Part shown: piece after piece, positions 1 through 9,025 of the stretch
How positions within the stretch are numbered: position 1 is the stretch's first letter
Layout: each line of letters opens with the position of its first letter
Virus record (IMG/VR): IMGVR_UViG_3300025530_000275
Coordinates: 62,101-126,100 of that record
Source: a virus
Length of the DNA stretch: 64,000 nucleotides
Direction: 5' to 3' (one strand)
Program-made: the position numbers and the translations under genes
Notes under the pieces: generated by a model
Database searches by the model: none
What the model was told of the DNA's origin: nothing
Seen by the model: the letters and a program-made list of their open reading frames with translations, nothing else

Positions 1-61
1 GGGAGAGTTCTCGATTTAAGTCATTGATAACAATGAGTTTATGAGTAGGTGCGTTTGACAT
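1..61 (-). CDS. 5' end of a gene running off the window (MSNAPTHKLIVINDLNRELS...)
   Basis: ATG at 61-59 preceded by AAGGAG RBS; frame open to the window edge. Confidence 0.6.
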   Translation of the reverse strand, partial: MSNAPTHKLIVINDLNRELS

Positions 62-90
62 TGTATTCAACTCCTTAATTTGTTTTTGTA

Positions 91-408
91 TTACTTACAG
101 TCGCTACAGTCGTCTTTGTTGATAGATTCAAGCTTTTCCATGATGTGACTAGCAAGAGAATTCAATTCCTCGTTACTCATGTTTTCAACATCTTTATTCT
201 TGATAATATCATCAATAACTTGATTTTCTTCAGGAGTGAGATCGAACTCATCGCTATCGTCCAGATCAACGAGAAGTCCTACATCATTAACAGAGATTTC
301 TCCAGTTTCTTCATCCTCATCAACATCGAGGACACATTCGCGGATGATTCTATTATGCATAGCATCGATTTCTTTCTTTCGACGTTCCCGCGCAAGTGCT
401 CCAAACAT
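91..408 (-). CDS. small acidic hypothetical protein, probably late/virion
   Basis: ORF 91..432; better start MFGALARE at 408 after AAAGGTGGT; AACA-N6-TA motif at 444-455. Confidence 0.65.
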   Translation of the reverse strand: MFGALARERRKKEIDAMHNRIIRECVLDVDEDEETGEISVNDVGLLVDLDDSDEFDLTPEENQVIDDIIKNKDVENMSNEELNSLASHIMEKLESINKDDCSDCK

Positions 409-465
409 ATTTGTACCACCTTTCTCAAACATATTAAGCTTCTTATTGGTTTGTTGCTATAATAA

Positions 466-1677
466 TTATTTTAACAATGCCTTTATTTTCACTTTCAGAA
501 TAAATAAAACGTATGGTATCAGGTAAAATCTTTCAATATCATTCGCTTCATAGTCATCTATTACCGAATTAAATTCTTCTATAGTTATTTCCTCATTATT
601 ATATGCTTTAGCTATGACCAATTTTAATCCGGAGAGGTCTTCATAGTCCTTATCTATCATTTTATTTATAAATTCATAATCGAGCACTTTAATAAATTTA
701 TTAAGATTTTCCTCATCTTCTTTATACACAAATTCTACGGATTGGAAAAGATCAATATCTTCAATCTCTTTGAATAGGCTTACGGCTAATGGTCTGAAAA
801 GCACATAAGCATTCTTATCCCTCTCCATGGATTTGGTTATAAATTTCTGGAGAAAGAATGTTCTATTATATAAGCGATTATGCTTTGGTTCAAAGGGTAT
901 CGGAGTCTCGAACGCAAAAATTAACTCCAATACCTCATCAAAGTAAATTACTCTATTATCCATCAAAAATTTTATCAAATATTTACAAGTTCCCATACCG
1001 GGAAGCTCATCGGATAATATATCCGGGGTTCTTAAATATCCAATACTGTCATCATAGTTTTCTTCAAGATATCTTGTAAGAATTTTTGAGTATGAATCAG
1101 TGCATTTTTCCAGGATGTTATAGTCTTCACGTCTTATAATAGCCTTATCTTCTGTACCAATATTTCTATAGATAGTATCATAAACTTCAGTGACCTGGTT
1201 TTCAATCTTCTTTGATCTAGAAGTTGGTACTACTGAATAATCTATAATATAATGATCTTCGCCTTTAATGGCCCTAATCTGAACATCAGTTACTATAAAT
1301 ATTATCTCAGAATTAAATGAGGGAATTATAAATGCGTCGCCTGCAACTGGCCTAATGGTTTGGTTAAGCATCATACACTGATCAGAATATTCAGTATAAG
1401 TACCATTTACCTCATCGTAAGTAATAGTTGCAGTGATAGCATTTACTGCAAATAATGGAAAGTTAAAAATCTTATTATATCTTACAGGAGAATCATCTCC
1501 AACATAAGACATTATATCCCTAGTACCAATCTCAGCCGTAGATTCCGCATTATTGATTGAAAAATAGGTACATGGAACTGGGTTAGTATCTAGGAATCTT
1601 GCGAATTGACTAAGGTTTCTCTCTTGTCGTAACCTGGCCTGAGACTCAATTAGATTTTGTACATCTAATACTCTCAT
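466..1677 (-). CDS. conserved jumbo-phage virion protein (possible neck/head-completion type)
   Basis: 403 aa ORF with GAGGTG RBS and late motif at 1753-1764; function inferred loosely from family resemblance. Confidence 0.5.
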   Translation of the reverse strand: MRVLDVQNLIESQARLRQERNLSQFARFLDTNPVPCTYFSINNAESTAEIGTRDIMSYVGDDSPVRYNKIFNFPLFAVNAITATITYDEVNGTYTEYSDQCMMLNQTIRPVAGDAFIIPSFNSEIIFIVTDVQIRAIKGEDHYIIDYSVVPTSRSKKIENQVTEVYDTIYRNIGTEDKAIIRREDYNILEKCTDSYSKILTRYLEENYDDSIGYLRTPDILSDELPGMGTCKYLIKFLMDNRVIYFDEVLELIFAFETPIPFEPKHNRLYNRTFFLQKFITKSMERDKNAYVLFRPLAVSLFKEIEDIDLFQSVEFVYKEDEENLNKFIKVLDYEFINKMIDKDYEDLSGLKLVIAKAYNNEEITIEEFNSVIDDYEANDIERFYLIPYVLFILKVKIKALLK

Positions 1678-1825
1678 ACTTATACACCTCTTTATAATAT
1701 TTTATGCGTCGTATTATAATATTTTATATTTATTTTTTACAGTATTATCCGTTATTGAAGTGTTTAACTTGAAGATAGTACAATAGGGAATTATTTTCCG
1801 GAAAATAAAAAATAGGAGGTAAAAT

Positions 1826-2698
1826 ATGAACCTGGCAGAAAAGCTTAAGCTTATACAGGAAGGTTATTCATTAGAAGATATTAATTCCGGTAGTATTAGT
1901 TTAGGGGCTTTAGTTGAATCCTATAATGATGATTTCACATCTTTCTATGAATCTATAGTAGCTGATCTTAATCATATAAGTCAATTTAACTTTAATATTA
2001 TTAATGAGAGCGAAAATAGGAATATAATAAAGAGATTCATTGATTGGGTAATCGAAAAACTCCGTCAATTTAAAATGTTTATACGAAATCTTTTCAAGAA
2101 AAGACAAGAGGAAATAGTAAAAAAAGAATTTTCCGATGTTAAGAAGCGGGTTGATGCTGGTATTGAATTTAAACCTTTTATGGTATCTAATAATTTAGAA
2201 AAAATAATAAATTCTCCTGACGAGGCTATAGATATTTTGAAAAAAGTATTTGATCAATTTGAAGAAATAAGCGTATCGTTTATGGATAATGCTTATAAAG
2301 GATATAATGATACTATAACCCCTGATACTGATATTGTAAAATTTCAGGCAATCATATGGAATAAGATTCTCGGAAATAATAAAATCGTAGAATCGAATAA
2401 TATAACTGAAAGTGCTATTGATAAATTATTAGGAAAATCCTCTATAATCAGAATATCAACTACGACTCAAATAGAAAATATAGTAAGATTTGCAGACAAA
2501 TTTTATACACTATGGGAAGATGTTAATCAGTCCCTGACATATTATGAAAAACAATTAAAGCAACTTGGAGAGTTCGCAGATGATGGGTTTAAGATAATTA
2601 AACTTATTTGTGAAACATTACTCCAAACTCTTCCTGAAATAATTAGATACGTTGATTCTAATATAAGAAGACTCTCAATAATCAAAAAATATCTATAA
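1826..2698 (+). CDS. putative internal head protein, paralog 1
   Basis: N-terminus similar to the next gene (MNLAEKLKLIQEGYSL vs MNIADQLRLIKEGYSL); xES sites followed by amphipathic IIKRFIDWVIEKL helix typical of processed jumbo-phage head proteins. Confidence 0.55.
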   Translation: MNLAEKLKLIQEGYSLEDINSGSISLGALVESYNDDFTSFYESIVADLNHISQFNFNIINESENRNIIKRFIDWVIEKLRQFKMFIRNLFKKRQEEIVKKEFSDVKKRVDAGIEFKPFMVSNNLEKIINSPDEAIDILKKVFDQFEEISVSFMDNAYKGYNDTITPDTDIVKFQAIIWNKILGNNKIVESNNITESAIDKLLGKSSIIRISTTTQIENIVRFADKFYTLWEDVNQSLTYYEKQLKQLGEFADDGFKIIKLICETLLQTLPEIIRYVDSNIRRLSIIKKYL

Positions 2699-2716
2699 AA
2701 GTAGGAGGGCCATGAA

Positions 2717-3685
2717 TTGAACATAGCTGATCAACTTCGATTGATTAAAGAGGGATATTCATTGGATGACATTAGTGCCATCTCACCCTCTTATTTTACT
2801 CAAGAATCTGTACTAGATAAATTTATTATTGATAGTGAATATTTATCAGAAACGGCCTACGGATTTATAACTGAAAGTGCAGGTGGCATTGTATCATATA
2901 TAAAGAAATTTTTTGAATGGCTGAAGCAAAAAGTGATGCAGTTTTTAAATTTTATAAAATCAAAATTTCAGCCTGAAAAACGATTTGATAACATTTCAAC
3001 GAAACTCAGGGTGATGAGTAATAAGATTACTAAAAATACTGTTTATGAAATCGAAATGCGATCAAATATTTATAACAAAGATGATGATTATGTAGGAAAT
3101 ATCAAAAAACTCTTTTATGAGACCAGAGATCATCTGGTAGGCATTCTGGATGATACTATATACACTTCAAAAGTAGTAACTCTTGGAGACTCATTCGTTA
3201 ATGACGAGAATAAATTTATCAATCTTATCTTTAAGACTGTATTTAATATCGAATTTGATGATGAACAGATAATTCAAAAGTTTTATGGTCAGAACAAAAA
3301 GGTTTTAGTTATATTTAAAAATATAGATCAGATTGTGGATAAAATATACCATATGAAAAAACAACAGCAAGAGATGATTAATTTTATTAATACACAAATC
3401 CCTAGAGAAATGAGAGCATATAAAGATAATGTAGATAAAGTGGTTGAAGAACTTCTTCAAAATTATAATAAATACACTGATATGGGGAATTATGAAAAAG
3501 CATATGAATATCACGTAATGTTGGACAAATATACAGTCAAACTTCAGAAGTTTCTAAAAATATTTAATCATACTATAAAAATGACTACAAAGATGTTAGA
3601 TATTCATAAGCAGATGACCTCTGAGCTTAGTGATGTGGTAGATAGTTTAATTAATATGATAGATTCTAAACCCAAAACTTCATAA
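2717..3685 (+). CDS. putative internal head protein, paralog 2
   Basis: TTG start with GGAGG RBS; ITES + YIKKFFEWLKQKV motif paralogous to 1826..2698. Confidence 0.55.
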   Translation: MNIADQLRLIKEGYSLDDISAISPSYFTQESVLDKFIIDSEYLSETAYGFITESAGGIVSYIKKFFEWLKQKVMQFLNFIKSKFQPEKRFDNISTKLRVMSNKITKNTVYEIEMRSNIYNKDDDYVGNIKKLFYETRDHLVGILDDTIYTSKVVTLGDSFVNDENKFINLIFKTVFNIEFDDEQIIQKFYGQNKKVLVIFKNIDQIVDKIYHMKKQQQEMINFINTQIPREMRAYKDNVDKVVEELLQNYNKYTDMGNYEKAYEYHVMLDKYTVKLQKFLKIFNHTIKMTTKMLDIHKQMTSELSDVVDSLINMIDSKPKTS

Positions 3686-3695
3686 GAAAAAAAAA

Positions 3696-3739
3696 TAATA
3701 ATCCCGATCCTTCCTATACTGGATGGATCGGGATTATTA
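3696..3739. terminator. bidirectional intrinsic terminator
   Basis: 15-bp inverted repeat TAATAATCCCGATCC/GGATCGGGATTATTA between convergent genes, A-tract flank. Confidence 0.8.
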
Positions 3740-4786
3740 ATTCCAAATATAATTTTCTTGAACTTCAATTTCCTTTTTACTAACTCCAAAATCTTTGTGC
3801 ATCTTATTGTAATAAACATACATTTCTAGGCTATTAGTAAATTTTTTTATATTCTTATAGATTCTTTCATAGTAAGAAAGTTCAATTCCTTCATCCGAAT
3901 ATATCTTTATCACAAGATCTAATAATCCATATTGTCTTATATAATGATTTATAGTTTTCTCATATGATGAACCTGAGACTGAGCAATATATTTTATTGAA
4001 CGTATCCTCATTTTCTAAATTATAAAAAACGGATATAATATCGAATGTTCCTTCAGCCATTATCAGCTCTATAGGGGAGTCTGATAATAAATCTATTTTA
4101 GTTGGGATATTATAAGTTTTGAACTTATCAATATCGTCATCATCTTCAAAGATGTTCACTATGGTGTACCTTCTTATTTTTTCAGTACCTGTTACATTTC
4201 TTATAATTACATAATCGTTATAAGTTGATATAAATCCTATCCCATGATCGGATAGGTTCTTATAATAATATTCCTTATTTTTTGACACTTTTACATCATT
4301 ATACTTAAATAGCTCATTCATATTAGTGTGTATTTTCAGCCGAAAAAGATCATCAAATGAAAGATCTAACCCTAATCTTTTATTTATATATTTTAACTTC
4401 GCCTTTGATAATTTATCTTTTGGTGAAGGGAAATTCTTAATATAACGTGTACTTTTTTCTATAAATCGTTTTTCTTTTGACCTCTGCTTATTCAAATTAT
4501 TAAGATAAACATTTGCTTCGTAATTGTTACAATCAATCATTCTAAGAAAATCCGGAGTCACATAACCTTTTGTCTGACCTTGTCGACAGGAGGCCCTGAA
4601 GCATTTATATAGAAACCGGGGTTTCTCTTTCGTTGGAATTGATATATAAAATGAACGTTCCTTTTTTCTCCCGCCATTACAGTATGGGCATATTGAAACG
4701 ATTTCAGTTTTAGCAGTATTGAAATCTGCTTTTTCAAGAGAATTGAGTAATACTTTTGTGATATAATCTATTTTCTGGATATCCAT
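3737..4786 (-). CDS. DNA primase (Zn ribbon + TOPRIM)
   Basis: CPYC...CFRASC zinc ribbon; TOPRIM AEGTFD and YSD motifs; C-terminal KDFG. Confidence 0.85.
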   Translation of the reverse strand: MDIQKIDYITKVLLNSLEKADFNTAKTEIVSICPYCNGGRKKERSFYISIPTKEKPRFLYKCFRASCRQGQTKGYVTPDFLRMIDCNNYEANVYLNNLNKQRSKEKRFIEKSTRYIKNFPSPKDKLSKAKLKYINKRLGLDLSFDDLFRLKIHTNMNELFKYNDVKVSKNKEYYYKNLSDHGIGFISTYNDYVIIRNVTGTEKIRRYTIVNIFEDDDDIDKFKTYNIPTKIDLLSDSPIELIMAEGTFDIISVFYNLENEDTFNKIYCSVSGSSYEKTINHYIRQYGLLDLVIKIYSDEGIELSYYERIYKNIKKFTNSLEMYVYYNKMHKDFGVSKKEIEVQENYIWN

Positions 4787-4847
4787 GATTTCACCTTCTT
4801 TCCATAAAAAGTTGATGCAAAATTATTAAATAACCCGCTCACAATAT

Positions 4848-4858
4848 AATAATATATA
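4848..4858 (-). promoter_or_regulatory. early-type promoter motif TATATATTATT (one of 13 copies)
   Basis: Exact AATAATATATA on + at 4848, 6930, 10556, 19269, 22000, 25255, 26972, 27387, 30937, 37800, 59075, 59179, 61843; all intergenic and oriented for minus-strand transcription; resembles the phiKZ TATATTAC early motif. Confidence 0.8.
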
Positions 4859-5048
4859 TTTGTATGAAGAAAAAAAAATAAACCGGTGTAGATATTTACC
4901 TACCGGTTCTAACATATGAATTTAAAATTCCTAATATTTTTGAAGAGCCTCCCATTTTACTTTTGGCAGAAGCTTAATGGAGCACTTCTTACATCAAAAA
5001 AAAATAATCGCCATGGTGTATTACCATGGCGTTATTTATAAGATTAAT

Positions 5049-5468
5049 TTAAAGGGTTACTATCTCATACTCCAGATTTTCTATTGCACCAGTTTCCGTT
5101 ATACAAGTAAAATCTTTTATATCTATTATCATATATTCATTAATAGTAATGGGATCTAATACCCAATATTCTCTATGAATAAGGGCATCTGGTACTCTGT
5201 CCGCTATTTCTTCAGGAGTTAAAATTCTTACATTATACTTTTCAGTATCGAGTATAAATACTTTAAATTTAGAGCCCACAGATGAGATATAATCTTCTAA
5301 TCCTCTTCCCCCATCTGGAATTGATCCTAAACATCCATTTATTGAATCACTAAAGCAGATCCTGGGAGTTATGCTATCTTCTTCATCATCATAAAATGCA
5401 CTATCGGGAATATCCGGAAAGAATTCCCCATCATGATCCAAATTTACTGATACGTGATATAGTATCAT
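5049..5468 (-). CDS. hypothetical protein, possible ADP-ribosyltransferase-like fold
   Basis: LYHVS...PRICFS...EYW arrangement resembles the ART H/S/E core strands. Confidence 0.4.
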   Translation of the reverse strand: MILYHVSVNLDHDGEFFPDIPDSAFYDDEEDSITPRICFSDSINGCLGSIPDGGRGLEDYISSVGSKFKVFILDTEKYNVRILTPEEIADRVPDALIHREYWVLDPITINEYMIIDIKDFTCITETGAIENLEYEIVTL

Positions 5469-5470
5469 TA

Positions 5471-6169
5471 TTATAAGAAATTAACCGAATTATCAATTTT
5501 ATACTTGTCTAAAAACTTTTGAAGGGATATTTTCTCGGTTGTTCCATCATGATATAAGATTTTAAGTATTTTTTCTTCCCCGACGAGAAGATAAAACTTT
5601 ACCAGCATAAAATTTTCGATTGCTTTATTGTAAGCATCCTCTATTGTTAGAGTATACAACAGCTCGTTTATAGAATAAATATAATCTCTTAATCTATCCG
5701 GTAATGTCTCCCAAATGACATTCATGGACTCATGCTCGAATTCATCGGGCAAACAGAATTCATAGTCTCGTTCAAAGATAATAAATTTTATCTTAAGAAG
5801 TTTCTTAAAGGTTTTAATAGGAATTCTTTTACTCAAACCATTTCCAAGATCTACAAGAACAAATGCTTTAGGATATTTAGAAATGATTTTATTTATCTTA
5901 CGACGTTTAATTTTTCCTTTAAACCTGAAAAGCTCCTTAATTCCATCATTTCTATCATCATAAATGATATATGTTTCAGATGATGGATGTTGGAATTTTT
6001 TAGGACGCTTTTTCTTTTCAGGTAAATTCGCTTGATACGCTTCAAGAAGTTCAGCTTCAAGTTTTTTACTAGGTAGTGAACTTTTACCGGGAGTATTTTT
6101 CATTATATTTTCCAGAATTCTTTCGCCAAAAATGTTTGGCACTAACTGTACAGTTGACATACCTACCAT
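5471..6169 (-). CDS. hypothetical protein
   Basis: Long ORF 5471..6187; start uncertain (ATG at 6169 or 6160 follows AGAGGT). Confidence 0.6.
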   Translation of the reverse strand: MVGMSTVQLVPNIFGERILENIMKNTPGKSSLPSKKLEAELLEAYQANLPEKKKRPKKFQHPSSETYIIYDDRNDGIKELFRFKGKIKRRKINKIISKYPKAFVLVDLGNGLSKRIPIKTFKKLLKIKFIIFERDYEFCLPDEFEHESMNVIWETLPDRLRDYIYSINELLYTLTIEDAYNKAIENFMLVKFYLLVGEEKILKILYHDGTTEKISLQKFLDKYKIDNSVNFL

Positions 6170-6235
6170 ACCTCTTTTCATTTTCAATTTAGAAACACAG
6201 CATAAAGAAAAAATATATGGGAGCGTGTATCTAAG

Positions 6236-6676
6236 ATGAAATTACAAGTTTTATTGGCAACTCTTATTTTGAACACCCATAACGTTAGAGTTCTTCACTG
6301 GAATGTTGTGGGCGTTGATTTCGACCCTGTTCATAAAATTCTTGATAAGTATTATAATACTTTGCAACAATTTACTGATGAAATTGCTGAAATTAGTTTG
6401 CAATTAAATATTCCTACGCTTGGTATGATCGATGCATTTAAAGTGTTAAAAGATGATGAAAAAGAATACATTAGCTTAAGCGGTTCTAAATTTTATAATT
6501 CAGTAGAAGTTTTTGAGCAAGTCGAGAAAATATTTTCTGGGCTTATTACTGCATATGAAGAAGCATGTAGAGATGAAAATATTCCTTCAGATATAAATAA
6601 TAAACTTGAAGAACATATTTACTACCTTCGGAAAGAGCTTAGATATAAAAATCGCAGTCGGCTTGGAAGAAATTAA
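6236..6676 (+). CDS. dps: Dps/ferritin-like DNA-protection protein
   Basis: HWNVVGxDFxxVHxxLDxYY...DEIAE Dps signature; 146 aa. Confidence 0.88.
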   Translation: MKLQVLLATLILNTHNVRVLHWNVVGVDFDPVHKILDKYYNTLQQFTDEIAEISLQLNIPTLGMIDAFKVLKDDEKEYISLSGSKFYNSVEVFEQVEKIFSGLITAYEEACRDENIPSDINNKLEEHIYYLRKELRYKNRSRLGRN

Positions 6677-6755
6677 AAATTGAAAAACAGTCGCCTACTA
6701 TCAAATAGTGGGCGACTTATTTTTTATGAAAGAAGTTCAAGAGCTTGTTTCAGAA
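6634..6755 (+). repeat. ~122-bp direct repeat, copy 1 (dps 3' end + terminator + 3' end of the 8102 gene)
   Basis: Near-identical to 8009..8133. Confidence 0.95.
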
Positions 6756-7139
6756 CGGCTGGCTTGCAAGGGATTATAATTTTAATTGCAACGTTGCAAC
6801 TCGGTGTAACGCCAGCTCTCCTTTTCGCCGTTAGCTAAGATTATATTTTTTGGTTTTCACAAAAATAAAAATGAAATTAATAAACAATTGTAACTCCTCC
6901 TAAAAATTTACTTATTTCTATTTCATAAAAATAATATATATTTATAATAATAAATCCAAAAATAATAAAAAAAAATAAATGGGTTAGATTTCTAACCCAT
7001 TTTATTTGAAATGATGCGGCATGGGTTGAGGGAGCAGCGCCGAGTCATCACTCGCCCTCAGCGATGGGGGTGAGTTCTTCGTTTTTTGCCGATCACATTG
7101 ACGATCGGTCTATACTCGCCTAGCGCACCGCTTCCGCCG

Positions 7140-7898
7140 TCACACAGTCACGTCCCTAAAGCGCAGGCGGATGTACTGGATCAGCGCCAGATACTCCTCG
7201 CCGTGGCGGTTGCCGTCGTGTCTGCTCTTGACTGCGGCCTCGAACTCATCCAGCGTGCCGCGGAAGCATCCACGCGTTACCTCGATTTCGCCATCTTTCC
7301 TTGTATATACAGTTATAGTGCCGTTTTCTAAGCCGACAGAGCTGGCCCAGAAAACGTGTTTGATAGATTCGACCATCGCGTCGCCAGATACCCGAGCGTC
7401 GCCAGATACCCGAGCGTCGCCGTATACCCAAGCGTTGCCGGACACTTGAGCGTCTCCGGACACTTGGGTGTCACCGAACACCCGAGCGTCGCCGTATACC
7501 CAAGCGTTGCCGGACACACGAGCGTCTCCGGACACCCTCGCGTTGCCGGACACGCAAGCGTCATCTGACACCCGAGCGTCGCCAGACACCCGAGCGTCGC
7601 CGTATACCCAAGCGTTGCCGGACACCCTCGCGTTGCCGGACACACGAGCGTCTCCGGACACCCTCGCGTTGCCGGACACACGAGCGTCTCCGGACACCCT
7701 CGCGTTGTCGTAGACACAAGCTTGGTCTGACACCCAAGCTTTGCCTACTTGGTCAAGGTTTTTTTCGCTGGCGATCCAGCCGCCGAGATCGCCAACCTTA
7801 ACCCCGATCTCAGGGATGTCCTTGACGGCTTTAATTTGATATAGTGTGATTCCCGACCACGCCTTTTTGTTATCTGTAAGGATGTATTTTTTGGACAT
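7140..7898 (-). CDS. left-handed beta-helix hexapeptide-repeat protein (prophage type), horizontally acquired
   Basis: Tandem (A-R/W-V-S/Y-G-D/N) hexapeptides; N-terminal GDLGGWIASEKNL and C-terminal VTRGCFRGTLDEF; markedly higher GC than flanks; ATG 7898 after GGAAGGAAAG. Confidence 0.85.
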   Translation of the reverse strand: MSKKYILTDNKKAWSGITLYQIKAVKDIPEIGVKVGDLGGWIASEKNLDQVGKAWVSDQACVYDNARVSGDARVSGNARVSGDARVSGNARVSGNAWVYGDARVSGDARVSDDACVSGNARVSGDARVSGNAWVYGDARVFGDTQVSGDAQVSGNAWVYGDARVSGDARVSGDAMVESIKHVFWASSVGLENGTITVYTRKDGEIEVTRGCFRGTLDEFEAAVKSRHDGNRHGEEYLALIQYIRLRFRDVTV

Positions 7899-8008
7899 TT
7901 TCTTTCCTTCCTTTCCGGCTCCATGGTATAATGGAGCCAAATATAGATTTTTGTTTTGCCGCCTTTTTAGGCAATTTTTCTTTTTACAGCTCCGCTTTGA
8001 CCTACGGC

Positions 8009-8133
8009 AGAGCTTAGATATAAAAATCGCAGTCGGCTTGGAAGAAATTAAAAATTGAAAAACAGTCGCCTACTATTTGATAGTAGGCGACTTATTTTTT
8101 TTTATGAAAGAAGTTCAAGAGCTTGTTTCAGAA
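8009..8133 (+). repeat. ~125-bp direct repeat, copy 2
   Basis: Near-identical to 6634..6755. Confidence 0.95.
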
Positions 8134-8488
8134 GCTTCTTTGCCTTCTTAACTGACTCAATGTTATGCTTAGAAATATAATCATCCACCAACAAAGGAGA
8201 TTTCTTGTTTTTATGTTTTTGCTTTTTAGAAGATTTCTTATCCTTAACTTTATTGTGATGCTTCATTAGCGCTTCCGAATGTTTTTTAGATTTTTTCTTT
8301 TTATTGCCCTTCTTATCAGATTTTTTGAGCTTCTTCAATTCTATATAGAGTTCATTTTCAAAGTTCTTGATTTTGTCCTTTTTCTTACGTTTCTTCTTAG
8401 ACTTTTTAGATTTTTTCTTCGATAGCTTTTTGTAATTATCCGAGAGGATTCCATGTTTGCTGATTACAATTTTGATACTATCAGCCAT
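8102..8488 (-). CDS. highly basic lysine-rich protein (possible nucleic-acid binding)
   Basis: Poly-Lys tracts throughout 128 aa; AAGGAG RBS. Confidence 0.65.
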   Translation of the reverse strand: MADSIKIVISKHGILSDNYKKLSKKKSKKSKKKRKKKDKIKNFENELYIELKKLKKSDKKGNKKKKSKKHSEALMKHHNKVKDKKSSKKQKHKNKKSPLLVDDYISKHNIESVKKAKKLLKQALELLS

Positions 8489-8594
8489 ATTTTATTCTCC
8501 TTTACTATTTCTTTTTAGGGTCTAAAACCGATTTAGCGATGTTCAACATACCCTTAATTACTTTGATGATAAACACTTCTCCTCATCCTCCTTT

Positions 8595-8957
8595 TTATAT
8601 CTCGGCTAAAAGGTCTGTAAATACCGGATAATAATTTAGAATGCAGAGTGCCTGATCTTCATCAAATCTAAATTTATATCTGGTATCCCAGAACCCAACT
8701 TGAATATTATCTATATAAATTTTTTGCATTCCGTCGTCATATCTCATTAGTAAGCGACCTTGTTCAGTAAATAATCTAAAATAGTCTATATTTTCGCCCC
8801 TATAGCCAATATGTTTATCTACCAATCTTTTAAGCCATTTTTCATATTTTTTAGAGATTTTACCTATCAAAATATCATGTACTTTATTTAGCGCATCAAT
8901 ACTAGATCCTTTTTGTAAACCTCTTGGTAACTTAAAGTATACTTGAACAATATCCAC
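8595..8957 (-). CDS. hypothetical protein
   Basis: 120 aa ORF with GAGAGG RBS. Confidence 0.65.
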   Translation of the reverse strand: MDIVQVYFKLPRGLQKGSSIDALNKVHDILIGKISKKYEKWLKRLVDKHIGYRGENIDYFRLFTEQGRLLMRYDDGMQKIYIDNIQVGFWDTRYKFRFDEDQALCILNYYPVFTDLLAEI

Positions 8958-9025
8958 TTAGATCTTTCCTCTCTTTAACTTAATTAATTAAAAAAGAGAT
9001 AGGTCATATGACCTATCTCTAATTT

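Noticed and set aside
4882-5035. Two neighbouring hairpins as a small RNA
   Set aside because: Both look like ordinary terminators with ~100 bp of probable gene debris between; no promoter motif
7370-7712. 18-bp tandem repeats as CRISPR array or DGR
   Set aside because: In-frame hexapeptide coding repeats without unique spacers; overlapping repeat ORFs in other frames are by-products
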